Shown piece after piece: positions 14,526-28,174 of a stretch of DNA of 64,000 nucleotides. The notes below the pieces were generated by a model. The model was given only the letters and a program-made list of their open reading frames with translations, did no database searches and was not told the DNA's origin. Positions within the stretch are counted from its first letter, which is position 1. The number at the start of each line of letters is the position of its first letter. The position numbers and the translations under genes were made by a program. This DNA is from Eledone cirrhosa (lineage: Eukaryota), in the NCBI GenBank assembly GCA_964016885.1, contig OZ024745.1:69378001-69442000 (forward strand), read 5' to 3'.

Positions 14526-17093
14526 GAAATATATGAATAAGGATGTGGAGCACTATTATCTTATGTATACCATATCACTATTATAAAATTTAACTTTGCA
14601 AAATATGTTTCAAGGAAGAATACAATATCCTATTGGAAATTACATTTAATGTTAAGAAATGCTAGCTAAATAAGTTATAGTATTATATTGAAAACTTCAC
14701 CACTATCTGATGTATTTTCTACCTACCGCCAAGGTGTAACATATTTCCCCTGAAACATTATTGCAACATATTCATTTGGTTTTAAACTAGTTTAATCATT
14801 ACATCACACTTAACAAGAACTTTTACACTGTTATATATCTAAATAGAGACACAAGTAGCTTTACTCCGTGTAATGTCGTAATTGAAGGACATTGCTTGTA
14901 GTTTTGAATACAGTGACACTTCATAGAATACCAGACTAAACTCCAGCTGCACATAGATAAATGCTATCTAGTCAAATAGAATAACCAAGAGCTATTGTCC
15001 AATATTTGGACTTTATTTCTGCTTTTATCGTTAGTACAATGACTAGTGATTACATCAAGTAGCTCTTTTTTATCCGAAACGAATCTACTAATAGACATAT
15101 TAGTGAAATCATTGGTCAACAAGTATATCTGCCATTTGGAACAAAACTGTCGGTGTTCTATTACTTAATGTTGTGTAAAGAGTAAGCTATTGACCTTACA
15201 TGCGTAACTATTTCTTCAGACGACAATCCTAAAAATATAGAAATGTATCATATTTCATGGAATAAGTTTGCTACAAACGTATATAAGATATTATGATATA
15301 ATGAATAAATCAAGTTTATCTGATTGTAATTTCATACAAGCAAATTCAATACTTGCTCGAGACATTGGTTAGTTCCTCGTTTAGATTAGATCTGCGCTGG
15401 TCTGGGTTTCCCCACTGATAACACGGACGTAAGTACTGATGAAGTTTGTATTTTATGCCCTAAAATATTACCAAGATATTGATAGTACCATAGATATTGA
15501 ACGCTTGTGGGTAGTATGTGATTTCATAATAGACATTGCCCAGATAAGATTAACTGACCCTAATGTCGTGCTTATTGAGACTTGTATTGTATATACGAAT
15601 ACAAATTCATATTTACACAATTTCAATAGCTGCACCTTACTATTAAATGGAGCAGGCAATATATTCTTCGTCGATCCAATCCATATGAATAAAACTGGTA
15701 AGTCAGAAACGTCTGGTGGATAGTATTTATAATTCATACGACCAGTTTTGCCGCATATTGTGTCAATCTACTTCACCTGGGAAATTAAGTTAAGTGTACA
15801 GATGTCAGTGTAATACTGAACAACCTATACGGTAATGCATGATTTCATGATTTGAACTTACAGTTAATTAAACAACTAAATGCTTATCTACGAAATTGAT
15901 GGAGATCCATTAGGACATTTTTCATATCATCGAACAGAAAACAGAGGTCAATTATATTTTAATGTCTTTGAACTTGCTTAAGCTATTTTGAAATTAACCG
16001 TTATCACAACAGAATTATTACACTTCTTTCAAAATTCGTAACAATCAACTCAAAATGCTTAGAAGTGTAATTGAAAAGCAGAATTATTTTTAAAATAAGT
16101 AAAAATCTATGTGATTGCTTTATGATCACCAAATATATCCACTCAAAGCATAACATGAAAATCAAGAGCATTTAGAAGTATATTAGTTGCGCTTTGGTAT
16201 AACGGCAGTGTTATGAAGATTGCTTTGTGATCAGAAAGAAATGTTTACCAATTATAGTTTTTATAATGGTGAAATTCTATTTATTTTGATGTAATTATTT
16301 TGTTTTGTTTTGATATAGACGTATAAACACACATATTTACTGTAGTCATTGGCATATATGTCAGCGAAACACCCCCAAAATGAAACTACTCACCGATGTG
16401 TTAAATAATAGGATTATATCTTACTTAAGCTGTAATAAAATTGCACTAAAATGCATATTTTTACTTCGATTGAAAACAGATGGACAATGTTGCTACTTCA
16501 ATTATTGTACCTCTCTTATACATATATCTATATCATGTTGGCATCATCTTTAGAATCCCTCCAAGACTTCTTACAAATGCTATCCGCCCACTGCAAACAT
16601 CAACGTCGCCACTATACGACATAATTATAATATCATACCAATATATTTCATACTTTCCCTGGACAAGTTCCGTGAAAAAATCCCGGTTGACCCCCTACAC
16701 CCAGATATGCCTCAGAAAAAAACAACCCTTCACTAGAGTGGCCACAGTGTCCATAGCCTGACGGTGTCCAGTCCTACGTGTAATCTGCGGTCACTGCTCT
16801 ATCCTGCATACACTGGTATCGATTTCCCAACTACCATATATTATAACACGCACACACACACGCATCCACACACACACATACATACACACACACACACATA
16901 TCTGAACTTCAATACATGATACATGATACATACAATTTAATTAGCGTGAAATTTCACCGATGTGATAGGTTCCAGGAAAGGCACTGTAAGTAATTTATGC
17001 TCCTTTAAGAATCAACAAATATTGGTTTGTCCCCCCTCACATTTTAAAGGCAAATGAGGCCCCTGCATATATATATATATATACATAAATATA

Positions 17094-17986
17094 CGAGGTG
17101 TGTCAGAAAAAGTTCCAGAACTGATGTCACAAAAGATTTATTTCAAACCCAAACTTCAGACTAGGAGTTTTCTCCTTCAAAGTAGTCATCCTGGAGTCTA
17201 ATGCACTTTTCAATCCTTTTATGCCACGCTTGCATGCACTCCTGGAAGGATTCTTCCGGGATCCTCCGCACTTCCGTCGTCACGGCCTTTCTGATGTCGT
17301 CCACGTATTCAAAACGGGTCCCCTCCGGTTCGTACTCGAAGATCCATGACCGGTGATGACTGTCCCTAGCAAGTCTGGTTCGGTTGCAAGACGCTCTAGG
17401 ATGTCCAGGCACACTTGCATGCGTCGACCATTCTGGTCATCGTTCAGCAATTTTGGCGCCATCTTCGCGCAGACATTCCGCATGTCCAAATCTTCAGTGA
17501 GAATCTTCCAGACGCTGTCCCGATTCATGCCCAGCTCATTTGCCATCAGTCGAACAGTCAGCCGACGATCGCTACGCACCATCTGCCTGACAGGCTCAAC
17601 GTTGACCTCAGTCCTGGTTATTGAGGGCCTTCCGCTCCTGGAGTCATCTTCCACGTCCTCGCGTCCTTGTTTAAACCGCTTGCACCACACAAAAACACGT
17701 GAGCGTGACATAGTCTCATCTACATAAACTTGCTGCAGCGGAGTTTTCCCCAACCGTACCAGAAACTTCAAGTTTATTCGTTGCTCTGTGCTCATTGCTT
17801 GGCGACCTGAAACAGAGGAGATGTATATAAAATTATGAAGAAAAAAGTTTGATCGCAGCAGAGAGTCAAGATTAGAGTTACATACTCTAAGGGGATTACT
17901 TTGAAGGAGAAAACTCTTATTGTGAAGTTTGGGTTTGAAATAAATCTTTTGTGATATCAGTCCTGGAACTTTTATGACACACCTCG
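17094..17986 (-). mobile_element. Internally deleted mariner (Tc1/mariner) transposon
   Basis: TIR cgaggtgtgtca.aaaa(a)gttccag.actg at both ends, TA flanks, and transposase remnants. Confidence 0.93.
17161..17795 (-). pseudogene. Mariner transposase, frameshifted, most of the catalytic domain deleted
   Basis: MSTEQRINLKFLVRLGK..SRSRVFVWCKRFKQGREDVEDDSRSGRPS (HTH), VCAKMAPKLL, VITG..SWIFEYEPE joined directly to GTRFEYVDDI..KCIRLQDDYFEG. Confidence 0.9.
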
Positions 17987-18371
17987 TATATATAAATAAA
18001 AAAATATATAAATGGCGATGAATTTGTTTTGAAATCGTGTGTCGAATCAAATATTGTTATACTTGGGGAGGGTCATATTGTTATAAAATATTGCCAGAAA
18101 TAATAACAGAGCACACTCACTGTTTGATTTGGGTTAACAGAAAACCAAATAGTGAGTGGTTCTGTTATTATTTCTGGCAATATGATAACAATATGATCCT
18201 CCCCAAGTATAACAATATATATATATATGCATAAATATCTATATACCTATACATATAGATACACGCATATATATATATATGCAGATATATACGTATATGC
18301 ACACATACATGCATACATACATATACATACAAATATATATATATATATATATTTCTCTATTTTCATTTATA

Positions 18372-18462
<91 letters not shown>

Positions 18463-18481
18463 GTATATATGTATATATATG

Positions 18482-18549
<68 letters not shown>

Positions 18550-18584
18550 ATATATGTATATATATATGTATATATATATATATA

Positions 18585-19000
18585 TCCGGGAGAGATGACC
18601 CCTTAGCCTTTGTCAAGGCAGAATACTAGGAGAAGGAAAACTCTGATATAACACCTGCAACCCTGATGGTATCCAATGATGTTAACTTGTTCTTCTTTTT
18701 GGTAAATATCATCTTGGTTAAGAGAGTGGGGCTGGCTTTGTGCAGTGCCTTTGCTCACTATAAAAGCTTCACGGCACAAGCATTGCTTTATATCTGGAGA
18801 TTTCTCTGCACTTGTCGTCACATGGTACCATGGGCCCAGCACTATGTGTCAGTAATTGTCACAAGTGTAGTGTTTGTACCAGAGTTTTCAAGTCGCTTCC
18901 TGGACTAAAAAGTCACACTCGTTCAGCGCATCGGTAGGGGTTCTACTACATGGATATAATGTAGTGGCCGTACTCGAAAACGAGTTGGCAGCCGCCACCA
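18585..19000 (+). mobile_element. Bipartite non-autonomous RTE-type element (5'UTR-like head plus ORF 3' end)
   Basis: ctaggagaaggaaaactctga is typical of RTE 5' UTRs. The 3' part encodes the C2H2-like HKCSVCTRVFKSLPGLKSHTRSAHR*. Flanked by (TA)n. Confidence 0.6.
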
Positions 19001-19013
19001 TATATATACATAC

Positions 19014-19067
<54 letters not shown>

Positions 19068-19472
19068 TTACAAAACTGACAAACAGATTACATTTGATAG
19101 TGGTGCATATCGAGACACCTGGATGACTAGCACCAATGAATAAATGATTGGATACCTGTAGGTCTATTTTTGCTCATCAGACTGAGTGAAAGTCTGCAGT
19201 GTCTGAATATGTGAGTGTCTGAATATCTCAATGTCTCACCTCCATACATATAGCAAGTACTAGTCTAATATATTGCTGGAGAATTACTGCTGAGAGAGAT
19301 TTTTTATTCATTTATTTATCACAAATCAATAGTCAATTTTTATTCGTCTTCATATAATTATATATTATGACGTACATACATACATACATTCTTTCATACG
19401 TACAATCACATACACATACACGCATCTGTGTGGGTGTGTGATATATGAATATTCATATGTGTATGCATATAT

Positions 19473-19540
<68 letters not shown>

Positions 19541-19563
19541 ATATATATGTATGTATGCATAAA

Positions 19564-19615
<52 letters not shown>

Positions 19616-19788
19616 TATTATATATATATATGAATATATATGTATGTATACGTATGTATATGAATATATATATATATATATATATATGAATATATATATG
19701 CATGTATATGTATATATATATATAGAATGTAAATATATATATATATATACACACACACACATATTTATATATATATATATATGTATGT

Positions 19789-19848
<60 letters not shown>

Positions 19849-19875
19849 CTATACATACATATATATTTATATAAA

Positions 19876-19910
<35 letters not shown>

Positions 19911-19952
19911 TTGCATTCTCTATATATATATACATATACATGCATATATATA

Positions 19953-20068
<116 letters not shown>

Positions 20069-23000
20069 CATACATGTGTGTGTGTGTGTGTGTGTGTGTG
20101 AACATATATCGTTATATCCTTAATGGCTCCATTCTTTAGACTGTCATGCCAAGCTATTGTACCATCAATCCCAGTCTGTATTCTATTCTGGTACTTAGAT
20201 TCTACCTGCTTTTATTGGTAGGAATGTTAAGATACACCTATCAAAACGACACTGGTTTTTACATAGTCATATACACAGTCACGTGCAAACATATACTAAC
20301 ATACTTACACATACACTCATATATATGTGTGTGAGTTGGCTATAGTTATATCATTTTACATATTATTTCTTTATATCTAACACACAGACATATACTTACA
20401 GTACAATAGACACACAATGAATATAGGCAGTACAATAATATTTCATCTAAGCGAGATATTCAATAACTGTGAGTGCACACCGACTCAATAGGTAATCGAT
20501 GAACAAACACACACACACGCACCCGCACACACATGCACCCCCACCCCCACGCGTACACTTACAGAGCCATCAAAGTTTGTTAGATACTTTCGTATTCATA
20601 TTCTAAAATTACATATAGATATGAATTCGAACGGATATAAACACTTCGAGGACGTCTGTTCCTATTCTTCGATCATTGGGAAAAAAAGAAAACAGTTCTT
20701 GAAATTAATATGTATCCGTCTGACAAGTGATCCCTTACCGTTTTCCTAATATATATGCGTTATGGTACATTATGTGGCAAGATTGGCCCTTTGAACTACA
20801 GGAAAACAGTGTAAAATATGTCTGGCCCAAAGAAACACCATGCTGCCAGAAATCGAAATCATACCCTTACGTTTGTAAGCCGGATACTCTTACAACTGAG
20901 CCATGTGCCTTCACATTTGAGTGCCTGTAAATATTTGAAGGTTCCACAGAAAATAACACTTCTATTATTGTTCATCCACACTGCGAGCTTCCACACAATT
21001 TCCGCTAATCCAATTTCACTCATAAGACATTTACCATCAAACCAAGGCTACGAAAATGAAACTGATACCAAACACTGCATAATTGTCAAACGCCGGACCA
21101 AATGCTTTTTTATAGTTATTATTATTGTTGTTGAGACCTTGATCGTCTAGACCTATCATCAAAAATATTTCACCGTTGCTGTTCCTGCCTTTATAGGTTT
21201 ATCTATAATTAGATCATTTAATGTTTTATACCCTGTTGTTTTATACCATAGCATTTAATTTGACTGTGATTTGGCTGTTACCTATCGCAGACAAAGCAAC
21301 ACCGTAGTCTTCCTACCCCAGGGCGAATTATGAGGTATTTTGTATCTCACTTGAGTCGTACAACGACTGTTCCTGGTGTTCGAAAAGGGGAACAATCTGC
21401 TCGCGATATGAACATGCAAAGAATTGGGTCAACTGAAGCAGATGAAACTGTTTAATGACACAATGTGCTGGCAGGAATCGAACTCACAACCATATTATTC
21501 TGAGCCGAATAACCTTACTATTAGGTCATGCTCCTCCCAATCAACATATCTAAAATATATTTGGAAATATTTTCACAAAAACAACTTGAATAGCATGCCC
21601 TAATTGTATATCATAATAAAATTAGATTAAAGAAGTAAAAGGAATTTGGAACGTTATATATTTAAATCAGGATCGGAAAGTGTTCAAGCTAAGAACATTT
21701 TATTTTAAGATTTTAATTCCGATTATCTAGATTTATGTTTTATAATATGAAGTCTTTGGTGGAATATCTAAGGATTTACGTCTGAAAAGATCTAGATCTT
21801 ATCATTGACAGAGAAGGCGGTAAAAAAATACGTTATAACTTTGTTTATATCTCGTCTCCTTCTATGGTTATACAAATTTACATGTGCATCCGTCTGTTAA
21901 TTTAGAAACATGTTGTTGTGGTTCTTATGAAGTTTATCAGGAAAGAAGCATATTTAAATATCACACTATCTTGCCACGGATTTTCACTGTTATCTTGTCT
22001 GTTAAGTGTACAATGTTTGCATTATATTAGCGAAACTTGTTGGCTGCATGCAAAAATAGCTGTGTTCGTTAGTTTCGAGTTTTTCTGTATTAATCGAGTG
22101 AGCCCCCAGGTTACCATTCGACCTGCTATAAATAACAACTACACCTCTTCCAAATAACACATTACAATCTTGACAAAAATGAAGGTCAGTTTAGATACTC
22201 TAGAGCGATTTTAATGCACTTAATTATGTTTGACCTAGGTCTAAACAAGAAGGTAGATGGCGCATTCAACAAGTGATTTTAAACGCTACGCTTATTCGTC
22301 TAGAAATACACAAAACTCCTTCATACTACTCCATATATTCTTAGGATGCATTGTATAATGTTGTCCCTGTTACACTATGTCTAAAAATAATTTGATTTCA
22401 GGGTTGAAAATACTTTCTCCAGTATACCTTGCTCAGTTTAGGCTACTGCACTAACACTTATTCTGCAATGGAATCGAATGAGGTTCCATCGATTTCGTCG
22501 ATGAGCTTTTCAGTTGTCACTGAAACAGCCTGTACGTGGCTGAACATTCCAAATACACATGTAGGCTTAACGTATTGTTGTGAATCAAATTTCATGCATC
22601 TACAACTTTCCTTTATGTCTTCTTGCTCAGGGTAGGCTTTGGACTAAACAACAATGACGAAGACTACTTCAGCAGTGGGTTTAACGAGGATGAAAACAAC
22701 AACATCAACAATAAAAATATTAAATACAATAACAACTACATCTACTAAACATTCAATTTTAGGCAGTTTTCTCAACACAAAAGCATATTTAGATTACATT
22801 AACCGTAAATATAATGAATAAAGAGTATTCCATTATCGATTGAAAAAAAGACAAAGAGAATAAATTTACTTTAATACTATTTAATATAAATAATACGAAG
22901 ATTTTACTTTGTATATCATATAGAAGGTAAAATTCCTATGTAATTGTAGTACATAAACGTTCTAAAATTGTCTATCTTCAAATAATGTTGACAGTATAGA

Positions 23001-23314
23001 TGCACTATTACTTCAATGTAATATTAAGGCAATTATTCTATTCACTTATATATTATCATTCGATAAATGTAGGTCTCATCATCTCTTTTGTTCATAATTC
23101 GTTTTTCTCAATATATTTACTTACGGATTTTATGTATGTGTGTGTATATATATATATTTGTATGTATGCATATGGGTATGTATGTGTGTATGTATGTGTA
23201 TAAAAATATACGTATCTTTATTAGGGATGAGTATATGTATCAGCGATATATGCATATGTACAGTATATATATATATGTGTATATACTGATACACAAACAC
23301 CTCTATGCATGTAC

Positions 23315-23378
<64 letters not shown>

Positions 23379-23499
23379 GTACGTATTTTTTCAGCAACTG
23401 TCAACATAGAATGTCGAAAACCTTCCGCAGGATTTTTGGATGGTAACCTACCAATAACTCCTCCCTCTCTACTTTAGCCATAGAGTTCTCTCAATAAAC

Positions 23500-24910
23500 C
23501 GACAGTCACACACTTAGGTAGTTAGACGTCAAGATTGTTTGCGCACTTGCAATCAATACTCGGCCTTTTTCCACGGAGTTCTCACAACTGAGTACTCTCT
23601 TTTAGAATACCTAGCTAGTAAATAGTTAGATTGATTACACACTTAGTTAGGACCGTTTACGCTCTCTATACATAGCCTCTAAACACAGTACCCGTTTCCT
23701 TTAGACATTGAGCTCCCACATTTACGACTATCACGTTCCTACCGACTGAACACTACACCAGGTTTTGATGCGTGATCATCTAACCATGGAGGAATCACTG
23801 TTACGGATTGAACAATAATGCTGACACACCATTAATGGGCCAACACATATCCTTTGGATTTTACTGTCCTGTATATTCTTACTTCACCTTCTGTGTTGGA
23901 TAACACACCTCCACCACTCAAACAATTATCTTAAAAGCTCATTGGCCCATATGACAGGAAATCGCACTTGCGGGCGCATTTACCCAATACCCAACCCTAC
24001 ACGGAGTCCTTTGCCGGCCTACATTACAGTTGCTTGCACGCACGGATTTGGGGACACGGATTCTCAATGGGACAGCAGTACACAAGGAGCTCGACATGAG
24101 CTGATTGCTTGCTCTTTACATGGATGTGTATATACCCGACCATACCCTTTTTTGAACGATTCGGAGTGTATATACCATAACACACACTTGAAGATATGGA
24201 TGTTACAATTCGATCTATACACGTATAGCAGAACACTGAACTGAACTTACTAGCGCGCGCGCGCGTGTGTGTGTATGTGTGGGGCGTTGGTTAACCCAAT
24301 ATTTCCAATTTACATCGTCAAATTGAGATTTGACCATCATAGCTTCTGTTGATTTGTGAACTAACTTTCGGTGAGTGCTGTGTTGGTACATTCTTATATT
24401 TGTTTTATTATATTTGTTTTTTTCTCGGACATCGCTTCGGTGTGTGTGAAAGTGTGTGTGTACCCACCCACGCTAATTCTACGGGTTTAACACTGTGTTG
24501 ATGTGTGTATATATATGTATATATTTTTCTTTGACCTCGAGCCGATGTATGTGGGTGTGGAGTGTGTTTGTACCCATTCACTTTTAACTGTGACTGACTG
24601 TATCCCTACAGATTTGATTGATGTCCAGCGTTTTTTGCAGCGATAGAAATCTGAAAACCTTTATGACCTCAACTGAAGCTAATAGCAGTCGCCGTGTTTC
24701 TGACTGACTGATGTGTCTCCATATGAGGGAATGAATTCTGTGAGAGAACATCGTTATTTTTTCTCCCTCATATCAAGAATTTGAAGACAATTCATTTTCA
24801 CCTGATGAGATCAGTGATAATCTATCATGGCTTCACAATCGATCTATCTCTTATTGAAACATGTGTCGTGATTAAATGATTTGAATTTTACCTTGCCTTC
24901 GGATTTTCAT
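23500..24910 (+). mobile_element. Decayed PLE (RT thumb remnant plus 3' terminal region with hammerhead)
   Basis: ILKAHWPI*Q..LAGAFTQYP near 23930-24000 resembles the PLE I.KHW..LQ...L...F...P motif. HHR at 24798-24871. Confidence 0.45.
24798..24871 (+). ncRNA. Type I hammerhead ribozyme (decayed stem II)
   Basis: tcac-CTGATGA-gatcagtgata...tatctcttatt-GAAA-catgtg-TC-gtga, followed by ATTAAA. Confidence 0.65.
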
Positions 24911-25093
24911 TTTGCTATATATATATATATATATATATATACGTACATTCATAGAGGTGTTTGTGTATAAGTATATATATATATATATATATATATTAGA
25001 TAATAGAATAGCTTTCACCGTATTTTTGACTAAAGGAATTTTAGCCTGATAATGGGGTTTAAAACCCTCAGATAAATGGAACAAGATGAGTAT

Positions 25094-25164
25094 TGACGTA
25101 CATGGGAGTCGAACCCACATCTTTGGTTATCGCGACCACTGTGCTACCATTACACCAACACATC
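25094..25164 (-). ncRNA. tRNA-like cloverleaf (pseudo-tRNA), copy 1
   Basis: gatgtgt-tg-gtgt aatggta gcac-a-gtggt cgcgata accaa-agat-gtggg ttcgact cccat-gtacgtc-a. A box tggtgtaatgg, B box ggttcgactcc. Confidence 0.7.
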
Positions 25165-25353
25165 ACCCATCTCTTTCCATTCAAATTAGAAACTACATTC
25201 TTAGCGAGTTTAAATGGCAAGTAAGTATGTTTTGAAACAGTGAGCAGGTTTGAAATTAGAAAATAGAATAGCTTTCACCGTATTTTTGACTAAAGGAATG
25301 TTAGCCTGATAATGGGGTTTAGAACCCTCAGATAAATGGAAAAAGATGAGTAT

Positions 25354-25424
25354 TGACGTACATGGGAGTCGAACCCACATCTTTGGTTATCGCGACCACT
25401 GTGTTACCATTACACCAACACATC
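25354..25424 (-). ncRNA. tRNA-like cloverleaf (pseudo-tRNA), copy 2, with T5 terminator ~10 nt downstream
   Basis: As copy 1, but D-stem gtgt/acac is fully Watson-Crick; followed by atactcatcTTTTTcc. Confidence 0.7.
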
Positions 25425-25897
25425 ACCCATCTCTTTCCATTCAAATTAGAATGCTGGGCGCACCGAATATATATATAGAAATAAGGTAGTAATAAATTAC
25501 TGTCTTTCACTGTTTAGGGTTTAAAATATATATAACTATAAAAGGTTTTACTGTATACATAACCATAAATAGTATCCTTAATACTATATATATATATATA
25601 TATATATATGTATAGATATAAATGGAATAGAATGAAACGAAATTTCATTTCTCACTCTTAGTACGGCAGTTACTTAAATGTAAGTATGTATGTATACGTA
25701 CAAATATATATGTATACAGATGTACAGTAGTATGTATATATATATACATACATGCACACATATATATACATGCACGTATCGGTTTACCGAACATTTATTA
25801 TATTGTTCAGTTTGTTTGTAAACAAACAAACAGCCCGAATTACCCGTACACTGTTTAGGCAACCACGTCACTTTTTTGTTCAACAAGGACATAGGAA

Positions 25898-25938
25898 CGA
25901 TGTACTAGTTTCAAGCTTATAAGCTATCGTCAGCATCG
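25898..25938 (-). ncRNA. Minimal type I hammerhead ribozyme
   Basis: cgatg-CTGACGA-tagct tata agctt-GAAA-ctag-TA-catcg. Confidence 0.85.
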
Positions 25939-26337
25939 TATACCTTCCTGCCAGATGGCCGAACGCCCGAAAGTATACACTCTCCATATGCATATTAACG
26001 GCTGAGCAGCCTAACTTGCATATCGAGTGAGTTTAGTCGGCTGGGCGCACCGAAAACGATATATGGAATAGAATGAAACGAAATTTCATTTCTCTCTCTT
26101 AGTACGGCAGTTACTTAAATGTAAGTATGTATGTATACGTACATACATATATGTATACAGACGTACAGTAGTATGTATATATATATACATACATGCACAC
26201 ATATATATATGCACGTATCGGTTTACCGAACATTTATTATAATGTTCGGTTTGTTTGTAAACAAACAAACAGCCTGAATTACGCCGTACACTGTTTAGGC
26301 AACCACGTCACCTTTTTGTTCAACACTGACACAGGAA

Positions 26338-26378
26338 CGATGTACATATTTCAAGCTTATTAGCTATCGTCAGCATTG
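26338..26378 (-). ncRNA. Minimal hammerhead, variant copy
   Basis: caatg-CTGACGA-tagctaataagctt-GAAA-tatg-TA-catcg; loop III and stem I are mutated. Confidence 0.7.
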
Positions 26379-26578
26379 TATACCTTCCTGCCAGATGGCC
26401 GAACGCCCGAAAGTATATACTCTCCTTATGCATATTAACGGCCGAGCAGCCTAACTAATCGTTTTCGGTGCGCCCAGCCGACTAAACTCAACGATATGCA
26501 AGTTAGGCTGCTCAGCCGTTAATATGCATAAGGAGAGTATATACTTTGGGGCGTTCAGCCATCTGGCAGGAGGGTATA

Positions 26579-26619
26579 CGATGCTGACGATAGCTACTAA
26601 GCTTGAAACTAGTACATCG
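26579..26619 (+). ncRNA. Minimal type I hammerhead ribozyme
   Basis: cgatg-CTGACGA-tagctactaagctt-GAAA-ctag-TA-catcg; AATAAA ~17 nt downstream. Confidence 0.85.
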
Positions 26620-26838
26620 TTCCTGTGTCAGTGTTGAATAAAAAGGTGACGTGGTGCCTAAACACTGTACGGCGTAATTCAGGCTGTTTGTTTGTTTACA
26701 AACAAACCGAACATTATAATAAATGTTCGGTAAACCGATACCTGCATATATATATGTGTGCATGTATGTATATATATATACATACTACTGTACGTCTGTA
26801 TACATATATGTATGTACGTATACATACATACTTATATA

Positions 26839-26888
<50 letters not shown>

Positions 26889-26893
<5 letters not shown>

Positions 26894-26902
26894 ATTGCCA
26901 AT

Positions 26903-26956
<54 letters not shown>

Positions 26957-26970
26957 CTCTCTCTCTCTCT

Positions 26971-27018
<48 letters not shown>

Positions 27019-27032
27019 AGAGAGAGAGAGAG

Positions 27033-27092
<60 letters not shown>

Positions 27093-27165
27093 ATTGGCAA
27101 TAGATACAATGAACACCGAAGAGAAGTACAGAAATGGATAAGTGACGAAATGGTATATAAACGAT
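26889..27165. repeat. Fold-back of compound microsatellite plus unique flank
   Basis: tatctattgccaattcat(ct)n cgtt(ct)n cc(at)n gg(ag)n aacg(ag)n atgaattggcaatagata. The right arm recurs at 28135-28265. Confidence 0.8.
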
Positions 27166-28051
27166 AGCACTTTTGTGACTTAAACAGGATAAACAAGTCC
27201 ATGGTTTCAAGCTGTCAAAATAGACTGACAGTTTCAACCCCTACCGACAGAACGGCCGATCATTTCAGGGTTACAATGTCTAAGAAATTAGTTTAAAGAC
27301 AGTCTAGGAATATTTCAAAGGAAGTTGAATGCGACTTTAGATTCGTTATACTTTGAGAACCTTACATGTTTATGTATTTAAACAGTTCATAGTTCATCTT
27401 ATATAAAAACAATATCACTTTAGACTTTTTACTGGGTTTCGATGACTGGTGGCGCGGAGACGACCCAAGAGTTATCCTCAAACAAGGTTGATGATAAAGC
27501 ACCCATGGCCTATAGCGGGGTTTTAAAATTGTCACCAAATTAATTATACCATTTAAGGACATTTAAATTCCATTGGACCGGAGAACGCACAGTTCCTATC
27601 TACCAAATTTCATCCATAACATCTGGGAGAAAGTGCATATCGAATCCGTACCCAAGTGATTACGACTCTCTCAAGAACACTAAATGCAAACATTAAAATA
27701 TTCACTGGGTGTTTAGAACTTTTCCATGTTGTAATTAATGGGAATTCGTTTCAGTTATTTTCTTCTACAACAAAAGAATTGAAGTAAAATATAACTGTTA
27801 ACAGTTATGTTTAATGTTCCCAGATCACCGTAAATCACCGACAGCTTTTAGTTAATCTGCCATATTGTATTTGCACGACATATTTCACACAACCTGCAAA
27901 ATGAGGACAATAGCATTTCAAATATTTTCATATTTATGTGTTATCTGTGGAATTGTTGGCTAATTTTGTTTCCAGGAAGGCAAACATTTTTTCCCCAGTT
28001 TTGCTTGAAAATATAACATATATACATATATACATACTAGTGTACGTCTGT

Positions 28052-28174
<123 letters not shown>

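Larger units (their letters stand above)
25000..25450 (-). repeat. ~1.7 tandem copies of a 260-bp unit carrying a tRNA-like cassette
   Basis: aatagaatagctttcaccgtatttttgactaaagg recurs with 260-bp spacing; the copies are nearly identical. Confidence 0.9.
25453..26835. mobile_element. Non-coding ~440-bp hammerhead-bearing unit: head-to-tail tandem (minus strand) plus inverted copy
   Basis: 25622-26060 resembles 26063-26455 (direct); 26458-26835 is inverted. Each copy has one HHR. Confidence 0.85.

Noticed and set aside
16640-16830. GC-richer patch, possibly an L1/Tx1 fragment
   Set aside because: Too short and decayed to assign.
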